A stretch of DNA of 64,000 nt from Candidatus Taenariivivens baikalensis (GCA_009691445.1 SICL01000001.1:129738-193737); one strand, 5' to 3'; counted from the first letter of the stretch, positions 19,797-29,202 are shown. Numbers and translations are program-made. The notes: generated by a model from the sequence alone, not told the origin.

Positions 19797-21653
19797 TCAG
19801 GCTCGGTTACGAAGTGAAACAACAGGCGCATAGAGAGATCGGCGTTCTCTCACCCACCAAGCCCCTGTTTTCTTATGCGTTTGGGGATCCGCAAAATGGT
19901 AATCATACAGCGTCGCCTGAATGTAGCGCGGTGGATCGTCCGGAAAGGGATTATTCTTCAAAAGCCTTAAGACATCGGGAGATCCTTTAAGCAATTTTTC
20001 ACAGAAGCCGGCAAACCATGGATGTTCTTTGTAACTGCCCAACGCGGCAAACCACATCTGCCAATCCAAGCGCGGCTGATGAGGAAGGTTAAACCCCGGG
20101 CGTCTCATCACATCACCGGGCTTATATTGAAATTCATACGCTTTCCAAGTAATACGATTATTGGATCCTTCGATAATAATTTCCGGGCGCTCCGTCGTCA
20201 TCACCGAGAAAAGCCCATATTGATTAAACGATCGTAAAGGGCGAAGAATATTACTGGGGATCGTTAAAGCGGGAATGGAAAAATTTAAAATAGCCGGGAC
20301 CTGATTCAGAGTTCCCAAAAGAGCCGTCGCCGCAACCGTTCCTACCACCCACTTGGGCCACCCATAATTCTTGGAGAAAGGCGTTCGCTTTTCAAGACTT
20401 TGAAAGAAATAAAGGCAGCTCGCCGGCCAAGTCTGATCATCAATGAGAGGGACACAAAGCACGATCGTGAGTAAATTAAAAAAACAGTAATTACCCGTCA
20501 GCATAATTAGAACCTGAAGCGCAGTAATCGCCGCAGCGGCATAAGAACGAAGTCGGCGCGGCCCCCAAATCAAGAAAGGCGCCAAAAGTTCAACCCCAAA
20601 CATAACAAGGGCAGAAAACTGGTGAAACCCAACGGGAAGAAAATGAAAATACCAGGCCGCCCCGGTCGGAAGCGGTTGAGTTTGATAATGATAAGTCAGC
20701 GCGGTGAGGTGACTCCAGTTCGGATCCCCGCTTCGAAGCTTCATCATCCCGGAAAAAAACATGAGGCGGAAAAGAAGAAAATAAAGTAAAAGACGGATCA
20801 GGTTTGACGCATTGAATCCGCGAAAAACAGGATCGTTTTTTCCGCCCGGCCTCCAGGAGGCCAGAAAAATGGAAAGAAAACCGCTCTCAAGCAAAAGATT
20901 ATCCCATTGAAAGGACATGAAATCCTGGCCTGCGTTCAGCAGGGACAGATAAAGGACCCAAAGGATAAAAAGTACGGGTGCCGGTGAAATTCCTCCAATG
21001 ACCAATAAAGATCCTGCAACTCCCGTCCAACAAACCGTCTGAAGAACTAAGTCGCTCGCATCAAACCAAAACAGGGTCGGAACATGAAAGTAAGCCCCTG
21101 ATCCATAATTCGCATGCAAAAGCGTAAGATACTCTTTAGCGGAAAGAATACCCTTCGAGCCCACCAGGCCCAGGATCTGGGAGGCTAAAGACAAAAATGA
21201 AAATAAATAGATCACGCCCATTAACTTAATAAAAAGCTGCGCGGCAAACCGGTACGTGGACGGGTTTAAATCATCGCCCCAAAGAAAACGTGTCAGATTT
21301 GAAAAGAAAACTCGGTGGGATGCCACAAGCCGGTAAAAGAATTCAGACAATGCCCGGAACCCGGAAACCTTTTGATAAAGCCCAAGAAGCCACGTCTTTC
21401 CCGGAGCGTAAGAAAGCGCGCGGAAAACAGCTTCCGCGCCCTCATAAACATTTCCGTCGGTTTCGATCAGCTGAATCGAACGCTCAAACGACTCTTTTTC
21501 TATTTCGGGATAGATGGCACCCATTTTTTGCGCAGTGTCATAATCCACCCGGGAGTCTGTGAAAACTATCCAGCGATTAATCCACCGGCGGCAAAATCCG
21601 CATTCCCCGTCAAAAATTATGAGGGGCTTTTCGGGAAAATGAGATACGTTCAT
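19797..21653 (-). CDS. DCC1-like thiol-disulfide oxidoreductase (DUF393) fused to an HTTM domain and a lipase-maturation-factor (LMF)-like C-terminal domain
   Basis: IFDGECGFCRRWINRW matches the DCC-family motif. A central multi-TM HTTM-like region follows. The C-terminal ...NPFPDDPPRYIQATLYDYHFA resembles the LMF1-family C-terminus. Start set at the ATG at 21653 (MNVSHFPEK). Confidence 0.6.
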   Translation of the reverse strand: MNVSHFPEKPLIIFDGECGFCRRWINRWIVFTDSRVDYDTAQKMGAIYPEIEKESFERSIQLIETDGNVYEGAEAVFRALSYAPGKTWLLGLYQKVSGFRALSEFFYRLVASHRVFFSNLTRFLWGDDLNPSTYRFAAQLFIKLMGVIYLFSFLSLASQILGLVGSKGILSAKEYLTLLHANYGSGAYFHVPTLFWFDASDLVLQTVCWTGVAGSLLVIGGISPAPVLFILWVLYLSLLNAGQDFMSFQWDNLLLESGFLSIFLASWRPGGKNDPVFRGFNASNLIRLLLYFLLFRLMFFSGMMKLRSGDPNWSHLTALTYHYQTQPLPTGAAWYFHFLPVGFHQFSALVMFGVELLAPFLIWGPRRLRSYAAAAITALQVLIMLTGNYCFFNLLTIVLCVPLIDDQTWPASCLYFFQSLEKRTPFSKNYGWPKWVVGTVAATALLGTLNQVPAILNFSIPALTIPSNILRPLRSFNQYGLFSVMTTERPEIIIEGSNNRITWKAYEFQYKPGDVMRRPGFNLPHQPRLDWQMWFAALGSYKEHPWFAGFCEKLLKGSPDVLRLLKNNPFPDDPPRYIQATLYDYHFADPQTHKKTGAWWVRERRSLYAPVVSLRNRA

Positions 21654-21669
21654 TAGTTTTTCATTCGAT

Positions 21670-22122
21670 TTAAGATATGGTGATTTGATCGGATAACTCA
21701 TTCTCATCATCGGATTGAGCCGGGAAATACTGATGGAGTTTTTCCCCGGCTCGCTCAATCGCTTGAACAATTCCTTCCGCAAACCGGTCCTCACGAAAGG
21801 ATCGAGTCATCTGCTCGCTGATCTCGGTCCAAAAGGATTCGGGAACTTTTTTGTGAATCCCTTCATCCCCGAGGATCGCAAACTTCCGGTTTTTAAGTGC
21901 CAGAAAAATCAAAACCCCGTTTCGGTCTTTGGTTTTTGTCATCCCAAGCTTCTGAAAAATCTCTTGAGCATGCTCCAGAACATCTTTTGTGATTTTCTCA
22001 TCAAGATGGACTCTGATTTCCGCGGAGGTTCTCAACTCAACGCTCTTAATCGCTCGAAAAACAAGATGCTCTTCAGATCGTGAGAAAAAATGCTTCGGAA
22101 AATGCCGGCGATTAAAATTCAT
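21670..22122 (-). CDS. TPM-domain protein (small, soluble)
   Basis: NGVLIFLALKNRKFAILGDEGIH aligns with the NGLILLIFKNDQKMRIEVGYGLE core of the neighbouring TPM protein. Confidence 0.5.
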   Translation of the reverse strand: MNFNRRHFPKHFFSRSEEHLVFRAIKSVELRTSAEIRVHLDEKITKDVLEHAQEIFQKLGMTKTKDRNGVLIFLALKNRKFAILGDEGIHKKVPESFWTEISEQMTRSFREDRFAEGIVQAIERAGEKLHQYFPAQSDDENELSDQITIS

Positions 22123-22125
22123 TTT

Positions 22126-22926
22126 TTACCATCCCCCACTTGCGCCGCCACCACCAAAGCTTCCACCGACGCCGGAAAATCCACCGCCACCACCACCCGA
22201 GGATCCCCCGGATGAAGAGCTGTAGCTTCCTCCGGAAGTCATCATAACTCTTAAAATAAACCAAATGATTGCAAAATGAATCCACCACTCCAAAAATCCG
22301 TAACGGTGCGGATATTGATGACGCGAAACGGCATAATAGACATAACGAGCAAAATCAATTCCCATGAAAAGTAAAAACGACCACACAATAAATGAGAATA
22401 GAAAACTTGGCTGAGACGAACCCTTCGGACCCAAATAGTCTTCTCCTTGTGTAGCTTCCATAATCGCCCTCACGCCTTGAATGACTCCTTGGTCGTATTG
22501 TCCCAGCTTGAAGTTCGGGGCAATCACCTCGCGAATAATCTGGCCGCAAAGCGCATCAGGAAGCCGGGACTCAAGTCCGTAGCCGACCTCGATTCTCATT
22601 TTTTGGTCATTTTTGAAAATTAGCAAAATAAGTCCGTTATCATATTTTTTTTGCCCAACTTTCCACTTTTCCGCCAGGTGAATGGAAAAATCCTCCAGGG
22701 ATTGACCATCCAGACTCGGGAAAGTGACCACCACGATTTGATGACTCGTGGAAGATTCGAAATTTTTTAGGGTATTTTGGAGAAAAATCCGGGCTTGATC
22801 GGAAAGGATCTGGGCATAATCACTGATATAACCTTGTGGATGTTCAGGAATTTCCAGGGCAAAGGCGCGCAAAGAAAAAAAACACCAAGCCACTAGACTT
22901 AAAACTAGAACACGAAAAAATCTCAT
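22126..22926 (-). CDS. TPM-domain protein (YgcG-like) with a C-terminal TM segment and a Gly/Ser-rich tail
   Basis: Signal peptide, TPM core, TM helix and a GGSSGGGGGGFSGVGG tail; the typical partner of LemA. Confidence 0.7.
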   Translation of the reverse strand: MRFFRVLVLSLVAWCFFSLRAFALEIPEHPQGYISDYAQILSDQARIFLQNTLKNFESSTSHQIVVVTFPSLDGQSLEDFSIHLAEKWKVGQKKYDNGLILLIFKNDQKMRIEVGYGLESRLPDALCGQIIREVIAPNFKLGQYDQGVIQGVRAIMEATQGEDYLGPKGSSQPSFLFSFIVWSFLLFMGIDFARYVYYAVSRHQYPHRYGFLEWWIHFAIIWFILRVMMTSGGSYSSSSGGSSGGGGGGFSGVGGSFGGGGASGGW

Positions 22927-22929
22927 CGT

Positions 22930-23526
22930 TTAAAATTTTACTTGCGGAGCTTTCTGAGCGCCTTCTTCAGCCTGAAAATAAGCTTTGGAAGAAAATCCCA
23001 TCAGCTTAGCAATGAACACTGTGGGAAACTGGCGGCGTAATGTATTAAACGTTTGAGCGGCTTCGTTAAAGCGCATCCGTTCAACGGTAATTCGGTTTTC
23101 CGTTCCTTCAAGCTGGGTTTGAAGAGTTAAGAAATTCTGATTCGCTTTCAGATCCGGGTACTTTTCCACCACGATCATCAGACGGCTGATGGCACTCGAA
23201 AGCTCTCCCTGTGATTGTTGGAACTTTTTCAGAAGCTCGGGATTATTCACGATTTCCGCACCCGCCTGAATGGATGTTGCTTTAGAACGGGCCGCGACCA
23301 CTCCTTCCAGAGTCTCTTTTTCATGCGCCGCGTAACCTTTCACCGTTTCCACGAGATTAGGAATCAGGTCCAATCGTCTCTGATAAACATTTTGCACCTG
23401 GGCCCAGGCACTTGAGACGGCTTCTTCGCCGGACACAAGACGGTTATACGATCCTCCCCAAAAAGATCCGATCATGAAACCGATACCCACAATGACTGCC
23501 AACGCGATCAGCAAACCTTTTTTCAT
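22930..23526 (-). CDS. lemA: LemA-family protein
   Basis: N-terminal TM helix plus LemA core (VSSAWAQVQNVYQRRLDLIPNLVETVKGYAAHEKETLEGV). Start moved to the ATG at 23526 to clear the mutL stop. Confidence 0.8.
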   Translation of the reverse strand: MKKGLLIALAVIVGIGFMIGSFWGGSYNRLVSGEEAVSSAWAQVQNVYQRRLDLIPNLVETVKGYAAHEKETLEGVVAARSKATSIQAGAEIVNNPELLKKFQQSQGELSSAISRLMIVVEKYPDLKANQNFLTLQTQLEGTENRITVERMRFNEAAQTFNTLRRQFPTVFIAKLMGFSSKAYFQAEEGAQKAPQVKF

Positions 23527-23536
23527 AATTCCCCCG

Positions 23537-25309
23537 TTAAAGTTTCCGTTTAAATTGCTTCTCAAGATCTTCAAATGAAAATTTTAAAAAACTAGGCCGT
23601 CCATGCGGACATCCGTAAGGATTTTGACACTGAAAGAGCTGGACCAAAAGCTCACGCATCGCAGGCAGTGTCATAGCCTCGTGCGCTTTGACCGAGCGAC
23701 GTTTGCAGGCAATGAGAGCCGCGAGCTCTTCCTGGTGATTCCCCAGAGTTGTTTTGATTTTTCCGTCTTCAAGTTCATGCAAATACTGCTTGAGGATCAT
23801 CTGAGGATTTTCATCAGACAAGACTGCCGGCATCGCCCGAATCACAAACGAGTGTTTGCCAAACTCATCAATATCAAAACCAGTCTTCTGGAGAAAAGGA
23901 AGTGAATTGCGGAACATCTCAACTTGTTTGGAAGAAATTTCAAAGATTTCATCCATGAGCAGATTCTGCTTTGTTACCGATCCTGATTCGAAGCCTTTGA
24001 CAACCGCTTCAAACTGGATGCGTTCATGGGCGGCGTGCTGATCCACTAAAAGTAATCCCTCTTCGGTTTCAGCGACAATAAAGGTACCGTGGATTTGACC
24101 TAAAACTTTCGTAATAAACGATTGCCCGATCATCTCAAGCGGCGTTGTCAGATGGGCCTCCATTTGAATCGGAGCCAATAAAACCGTTGAAGCCGTCAAT
24201 TCCAATTCCGGACGAGACGAGGAGGATGAAAATGATCCATAGTTAACCGACGTCGACTCACTCACCCGCTCCGAGAAAACCGGCTCGCGCTGAGTCGTTT
24301 GAACTCGCGTGGATAAATCCAGGGCCTCGGACAGGCGTTTTGATACCGCCTGTTGAACTAAGGATTTGATCGGTGCTTCATTGGAGATCCGGACCTCCTG
24401 CTTCGTGGGATGGACATTCACATCCACGCGGTTTAAATCGCATTCAATCATGATGACGGCAACCGGAAATTGCCCGTGCATCAAACGACCGTGATAGCCG
24501 GCCTGCACCGCGTAGCTGAAGGAAATGGATTTCACCCAGCGGTGGTTAATAAAAAAACTTTGCCCGCTTCGATTCGCAAACGCTAAGGAAGGCTTCCCAA
24601 TCACACCGTGAATTCGAATCCCGGAAACCTGGGCATCAAGATCAAGAAGATCCTTGGACTCCTTAAATCCAAAATACAAAGCCGACCGGTCTTTCAAACT
24701 AACTGTGGGCGGGAGATCAAAAACTTTTTTATCACCATTTTTGAAAACAAAGTGAACATCCAAGCGGGAAAGAGAAAGATTAAGCAAGATATCCTGAAGA
24801 TGGCCAAGCTCCGTCGTGTCGGATTTCATGAATTTTCGCCGAGCAGGAGTATTGAAAAATAAATCCCTGACTTCTACGGTAGTCCCTTCACGGCAAGCCG
24901 CTTCTTTCACGTGCGTAACGCGGCCGCCTTCCATCAAGATCTCAGTCCCGAATGAAGCCTTCTGAAGACGCGAGGTCATCGTCATGCGGGAAACCGCAGC
25001 CATACTCGGCAAAGCTTCACCACGAAATCCGTACGAGGCAATTTCCTCCAAATCTTTATCCGTACTGATTTTGCTCGTGGCGTGACGCTTAAAAGCAGTC
25101 TCAATTTCAGAAGCTGAAATCCCGCAGCCATCGTCCATCACCCGAATCAAACTTTTTCCGCCATGATTGATCGTCACTTCAATAAAGCGAGCTCCGGCAT
25201 CCAAGGAATTTTCGACGAGTTCTTTGACAATCGACGCAGGACGTTCAATGACCTCCCCTGCGGCAATTTTATTCGCAAGTGCTTCTGGAAGAATTTTAAT
25301 GGTCGGCAT
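23537..25309 (-). CDS. mutL: DNA mismatch repair protein MutL
   Basis: GHKL ATPase N-terminus (IAAGEVIERPASIVKELVENSLDAGA) and a MutL C-terminal dimerisation domain. Confidence 0.9.
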   Translation of the reverse strand: MPTIKILPEALANKIAAGEVIERPASIVKELVENSLDAGARFIEVTINHGGKSLIRVMDDGCGISASEIETAFKRHATSKISTDKDLEEIASYGFRGEALPSMAAVSRMTMTSRLQKASFGTEILMEGGRVTHVKEAACREGTTVEVRDLFFNTPARRKFMKSDTTELGHLQDILLNLSLSRLDVHFVFKNGDKKVFDLPPTVSLKDRSALYFGFKESKDLLDLDAQVSGIRIHGVIGKPSLAFANRSGQSFFINHRWVKSISFSYAVQAGYHGRLMHGQFPVAVIMIECDLNRVDVNVHPTKQEVRISNEAPIKSLVQQAVSKRLSEALDLSTRVQTTQREPVFSERVSESTSVNYGSFSSSSSRPELELTASTVLLAPIQMEAHLTTPLEMIGQSFITKVLGQIHGTFIVAETEEGLLLVDQHAAHERIQFEAVVKGFESGSVTKQNLLMDEIFEISSKQVEMFRNSLPFLQKTGFDIDEFGKHSFVIRAMPAVLSDENPQMILKQYLHELEDGKIKTTLGNHQEELAALIACKRRSVKAHEAMTLPAMRELLVQLFQCQNPYGCPHGRPSFLKFSFEDLEKQFKRKL

Positions 25310-27942
25310 TAGTTTGACTTTTCTTTGAGTTCTTGAAGTTTATTTAAAGCTTGAAGCGGCGTCATTTGATCAAGATTCAAATTCCTGAGCGCTTCCACCA
25401 CAGGATGATTTTCTTTCGGCAAATCAAACAAGGATGGCAGTTCGGGTTTCTTTCCTTTTTTGACCGTTCCCTTTTTATCCAGAAAATCTGAAGCCTGAAC
25501 ATTTTCTGCTTCAAGGACTGCCAGGATTTCATGAGCCCGGGTAATCACTTCACCTGGAATCCCGGCCAGCTTGGCCACGTGAATTCCGTAGCTTCGATCT
25601 GCGCCGCCGCGAATGACCTTGCGGAGAAAAATAATTCCTTCGGGAGTTTCGCGCACGGCAATGTGATAATTTTTAACGCTCTTAAAATGTTCTTCCAGCT
25701 GGGTCAGTTCATGATAATGCGTGGCAAAGAGGGTCCGCGGACAAAGTTTTCCGCCAGCCAAATGTTCGCAGATCGCCCAAGCAATGCTGACTCCGTCAAA
25801 GGTCGACGTCCCCCGCCCAACTTCATCCAAAATCAGCAGGCTCCGATTCGATGCCGAATGGAGAATGTGGGCAGTTTCAAGCATCTCCACCATGAACGTA
25901 CTTTCCCCGCGAGCGAGATCATCCGCCGCTCCGATGCGCGTAAAAATCCGGTCCACGACTCCGATTCGTGCGGACTTCGCAGGAACAAAGGATCCCATCT
26001 GAGCCAAGAGAACGATCTGCGCCACTTGACGAATATAAGTCGATTTTCCCGCCATGTTCGGACCGGTCAGGACAATCAACTGGTGGTCGTCGCGATTCAG
26101 TCGGGAATCATTTTCCACAAATTGTCCGGTGGGTAACATACTCTCCACGACAGGATGACGCCCGGCTTCGATCCAGAGCTCTTCGGTATCCACGACTTCG
26201 GGTTTGACCCAGTGCTTTTGAATCGCAATGACCGAAAGGGATGTCAGCGCATCCAACGTTCCAATGGCTCGTGCCATCCGCTGAAGCGGTTCAAGTGATT
26301 TGAGGACTGTCTCCCGGACTTCATTAAAAAGTTGATACTCCAGCAATTTGATCTTGTCTTGAGCACCAGAGATTTTCTGATCCCACTCATTGAGCTCAGG
26401 AAGGATAAAACGTTCGGCGTTGGCAAGGGTCTGCTTACGAACATAATCGGGAGGAACAAGGTGCAAGTTCGATTTGCTAATATCAATTGTGTACCCAAAC
26501 ACCTGCGAGTACTTAATCTTAAGCGAGCGAATGCCCGTGCGCTCAATTTCACACCGCTCAAACTCCAGCAGCCATTCCTTCCCCTTGCGGGAAATGGCGC
26601 GAAGCTCATCGAGTTCCAGGGAAAAACCGTCCTGAATGATCCCGCCCTCTTTTAAGGCAAGCGGAGGCTCATCTTGAATCGCTCGTGAAATCAATTCAAT
26701 CAATTCCGGAAAGTTTTGAAGCTGGGAATGAACACTCCCCAAAAGTTGAGACGAAACGGTTTGCAATAATCCCTTAAGCTCGGGGATTCTCTGAAGGAAT
26801 TGTTTCAAGTTCACGAGGTCCCGTGCATGAGCCACTGAGCAATTAAGGCGGCTCAGGGTTCGTTCCATGTCCCGGATTCCACGTAAAAGAACGCGGATTG
26901 GATTGAGAACATCCCAAGATTTCGAAAGCTCTTCGACCGCATTCTGTCGTGCTTGAATCTTCTCAAGATCAATTAAAGGCTGAATCAGCCACTGGTGAAG
27001 GGTTCTTGTTCCCATTGAGGTCAGCGTTTGGTCCATCACACTGAGCAGCGTAATCCCGTTTTTTTCCTGACGGAGATTTGCGGCAAGTTCCAGACTCCGC
27101 TGAGTCTGGCGGTCCAGAATCATAAATTCATTCTCGTGAATTTCCTGAGGCAGGCGAAGATGTTCGAGTGACGTATGAAGATGATCCCGTAAATAATATA
27201 GAACCGCTCCGGCCGCTCCCATCAAAAGCGGATCATGAGAAAACGGAAGCTGACTGACACTGGAGAGTTTGAAAGTTACTTGAAGCAGACGCTTAGCTTC
27301 TTGCGCATCAAAAACCCATTCATCATAAGCTGTGATTCCGGTATTGAGATCGGTCTTACAAAACTCAGAAAATTTTTCGCATTGAGCCAGGGCCCGGGGA
27401 AGAATCAGTTCGCGAGGATCAAGAACGGAAAGATCCTGAAGAAGTTTATCCTCGATGCTCCGGCGAATCATGAATTCGCCGGTACTCAGTTCAAGATAGG
27501 CCAGCGCGTAGTCCCCTCCGTCCCGCGCCAGGGCGAGCATATAATCCGGTTTTGCATTCCGGGACTCGTCTTCGAGATAAGTGGCGGGAGAAATAATCCG
27601 GGTGATTTTGCGATCAACAATTCCCTTTCCGGGTTTAGGATCGCTGACCTGCTCACAAATGGCCACTTTGAGATTATGATCCACAAGAATTTTGACATAT
27701 CCTTGAAAGGCGTGGTACGGAACCCCGCACATAGAAACGCGCCCCGCCTCTCCGGCTTCACGTCCTGTCAAAGTAATATTGAGTATTTCCGAAGCGCGAA
27801 CTGCATCTTCAAAAAACATTTCATAGAAATCGCCTAGACGGAAAAAAAGGATGGTGTCCGGAGAAATATTTTTTTTGATGGATAGATATTGTTCCATCAT
27901 GGGACTGAATTTGATTGGTGAAACGGCCTGCTCAGAATTCAT
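25309..27942 (-). CDS. mutS: DNA mismatch repair protein MutS
   Basis: 877 aa; TPMMEQYLSIK and a Walker A GPNMAGKSTYIRQ; 1 nt overlap with mutL. Confidence 0.93.
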   Translation of the reverse strand: MNSEQAVSPIKFSPMMEQYLSIKKNISPDTILFFRLGDFYEMFFEDAVRASEILNITLTGREAGEAGRVSMCGVPYHAFQGYVKILVDHNLKVAICEQVSDPKPGKGIVDRKITRIISPATYLEDESRNAKPDYMLALARDGGDYALAYLELSTGEFMIRRSIEDKLLQDLSVLDPRELILPRALAQCEKFSEFCKTDLNTGITAYDEWVFDAQEAKRLLQVTFKLSSVSQLPFSHDPLLMGAAGAVLYYLRDHLHTSLEHLRLPQEIHENEFMILDRQTQRSLELAANLRQEKNGITLLSVMDQTLTSMGTRTLHQWLIQPLIDLEKIQARQNAVEELSKSWDVLNPIRVLLRGIRDMERTLSRLNCSVAHARDLVNLKQFLQRIPELKGLLQTVSSQLLGSVHSQLQNFPELIELISRAIQDEPPLALKEGGIIQDGFSLELDELRAISRKGKEWLLEFERCEIERTGIRSLKIKYSQVFGYTIDISKSNLHLVPPDYVRKQTLANAERFILPELNEWDQKISGAQDKIKLLEYQLFNEVRETVLKSLEPLQRMARAIGTLDALTSLSVIAIQKHWVKPEVVDTEELWIEAGRHPVVESMLPTGQFVENDSRLNRDDHQLIVLTGPNMAGKSTYIRQVAQIVLLAQMGSFVPAKSARIGVVDRIFTRIGAADDLARGESTFMVEMLETAHILHSASNRSLLILDEVGRGTSTFDGVSIAWAICEHLAGGKLCPRTLFATHYHELTQLEEHFKSVKNYHIAVRETPEGIIFLRKVIRGGADRSYGIHVAKLAGIPGEVITRAHEILAVLEAENVQASDFLDKKGTVKKGKKPELPSLFDLPKENHPVVEALRNLNLDQMTPLQALNKLQELKEKSN

Positions 27943-27957
27943 GAGAATCTCTCAACG

Positions 27958-28254
27958 TCAGGAGGAAGCACTCTTCCCCTTGTCACCGGATTTAGGGGCC
28001 TCTGATTTCTTGCTTGCGTCGGGTTTTGATGGAGCAGAAGGCTGATCCTTTTTCGCGGCTTCATGATAGCCCTTGGAACGGTAATCGGTTTGGTAAAATC
28101 CAGATCCTTTGAAGAGGATTCCTCCCCCACTTCCGATTAAACGTTCAATCTTCCCCTTGCACTTCGGGCACTTCGTCAGGGCCTTAGCGTGAATCGACTG
28201 AAACTCTTCAAAAGTACGAGCGCATTTCTTACACTGGTAATCATATGTCGGCAT
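27958..28254 (-). CDS. FmdB-family zinc-ribbon protein
   Basis: MPTYDYQCKKCARTFE...CPKC (a CxxC...CxxC zinc ribbon) with a Lys/Ser-rich tail. Confidence 0.7.
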   Translation of the reverse strand: MPTYDYQCKKCARTFEEFQSIHAKALTKCPKCKGKIERLIGSGGGILFKGSGFYQTDYRSKGYHEAAKKDQPSAPSKPDASKKSEAPKSGDKGKSASS

Positions 28255-28357
28255 TAACTATTCTCCTGGTAAAGTTGCGCTATTATAGGTTCAAGATAGG
28301 TTTGTGGCAAGGAATGAGGAGCAGTGACGCCGCCATTGCAAGCGAACGGAGTGAGAT

Positions 28358-28723
28358 CTACCTTGTGAGATAGGCAATAATCTGAAATCTTCGTTTTGAA
28401 TCGGGTGTGAGATTCTTCAGGACAAGGTGCACAAAGGGCCCGTAAATCTTGGTGGCCAAAACCCGGGACGATGTTTCTCCGGTTGTCAGCTTGTAAAACG
28501 CTGTTGGGATTTCTTTTTTATCCTCATCAACGCCCATACTGCCGAACTCCTGCCACCCATTGGTGGAGAAATCTTTGCTGGCTTCGCCCATTTCCTGAAT
28601 TTTCTGAATGTCACCCTGAATAGAAAAATAGGCGTCCAACCGGTAGAGAGGAGCTGTTTCATCCGTCATGATCAGGTCAGGGATCACATAAAAGGTTACT
28701 TCCCGGTAGTCTCTTACATCCAA
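28358..28723 (-). CDS. Hypothetical protein (TTG start), possibly the 3' remnant of a disrupted gene
   Basis: 121-aa ORF with no recognisable motifs. Upstream in another frame is a protein-like reading frame interrupted by an in-frame TGA. Confidence 0.25.
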   Translation of the reverse strand: MDVRDYREVTFYVIPDLIMTDETAPLYRLDAYFSIQGDIQKIQEMGEASKDFSTNGWQEFGSMGVDEDKKEIPTAFYKLTTGETSSRVLATKIYGPFVHLVLKNLTPDSKRRFQIIAYLTR

Positions 28724-29202
28724 AGGATCCGACTCTTAGGTTTTTCCGAAAGAGAGCGTCGTTCCGCTGGTAATTTCCAGGGTGTAGCTCTATCCGTAGC
28801 AAGCACCCGGACATGAGGGATGGAGAGATCATCATCGTTGTCCTTTTTGAGAAGATTCTGAATGGGAAGATTCGTCACTTCAACCTCGAGCTTCCACTGT
28901 TTTGGGAGGAAGCCCCCAGGTCAACAGTTTAGCTTCAGAGGGATTTCTTTTTTATCAACGTCCCGACGAGCGATCCAAAATAAGCTTTGTAAACATTTGC
29001 CTCCAGATTTCGCGAATAGAGTGAATATGTTGGTCTTAGGTGGTCACGCAAACTGTGGAGCAAATGAGAAGATAGAAATTTGACATTACAAAAAAAAAGA
29101 GAAGAAATATAACGGAGCCTGGAAAACCTGGGGAGTTTGTCAAATCTAACTTCTTACTTCGATCATCTAACTCCTAGATTTTGGCAGGCGGCTTTCGACG
29201 AA

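Noticed and set aside
28900-28960. In-frame TGA inside a protein-like frame (…KLNC*PGGF…), as possible selenocysteine or code-25 (UGA=Gly) recoding
   Set aside because: TGA is used as a bona fide stop by flanking genes (for example the gene ending at 795-797 and several ATGA overlaps). There is no SECIS-like hairpin and no Sec machinery in the window. A pseudogene is the simpler explanation.
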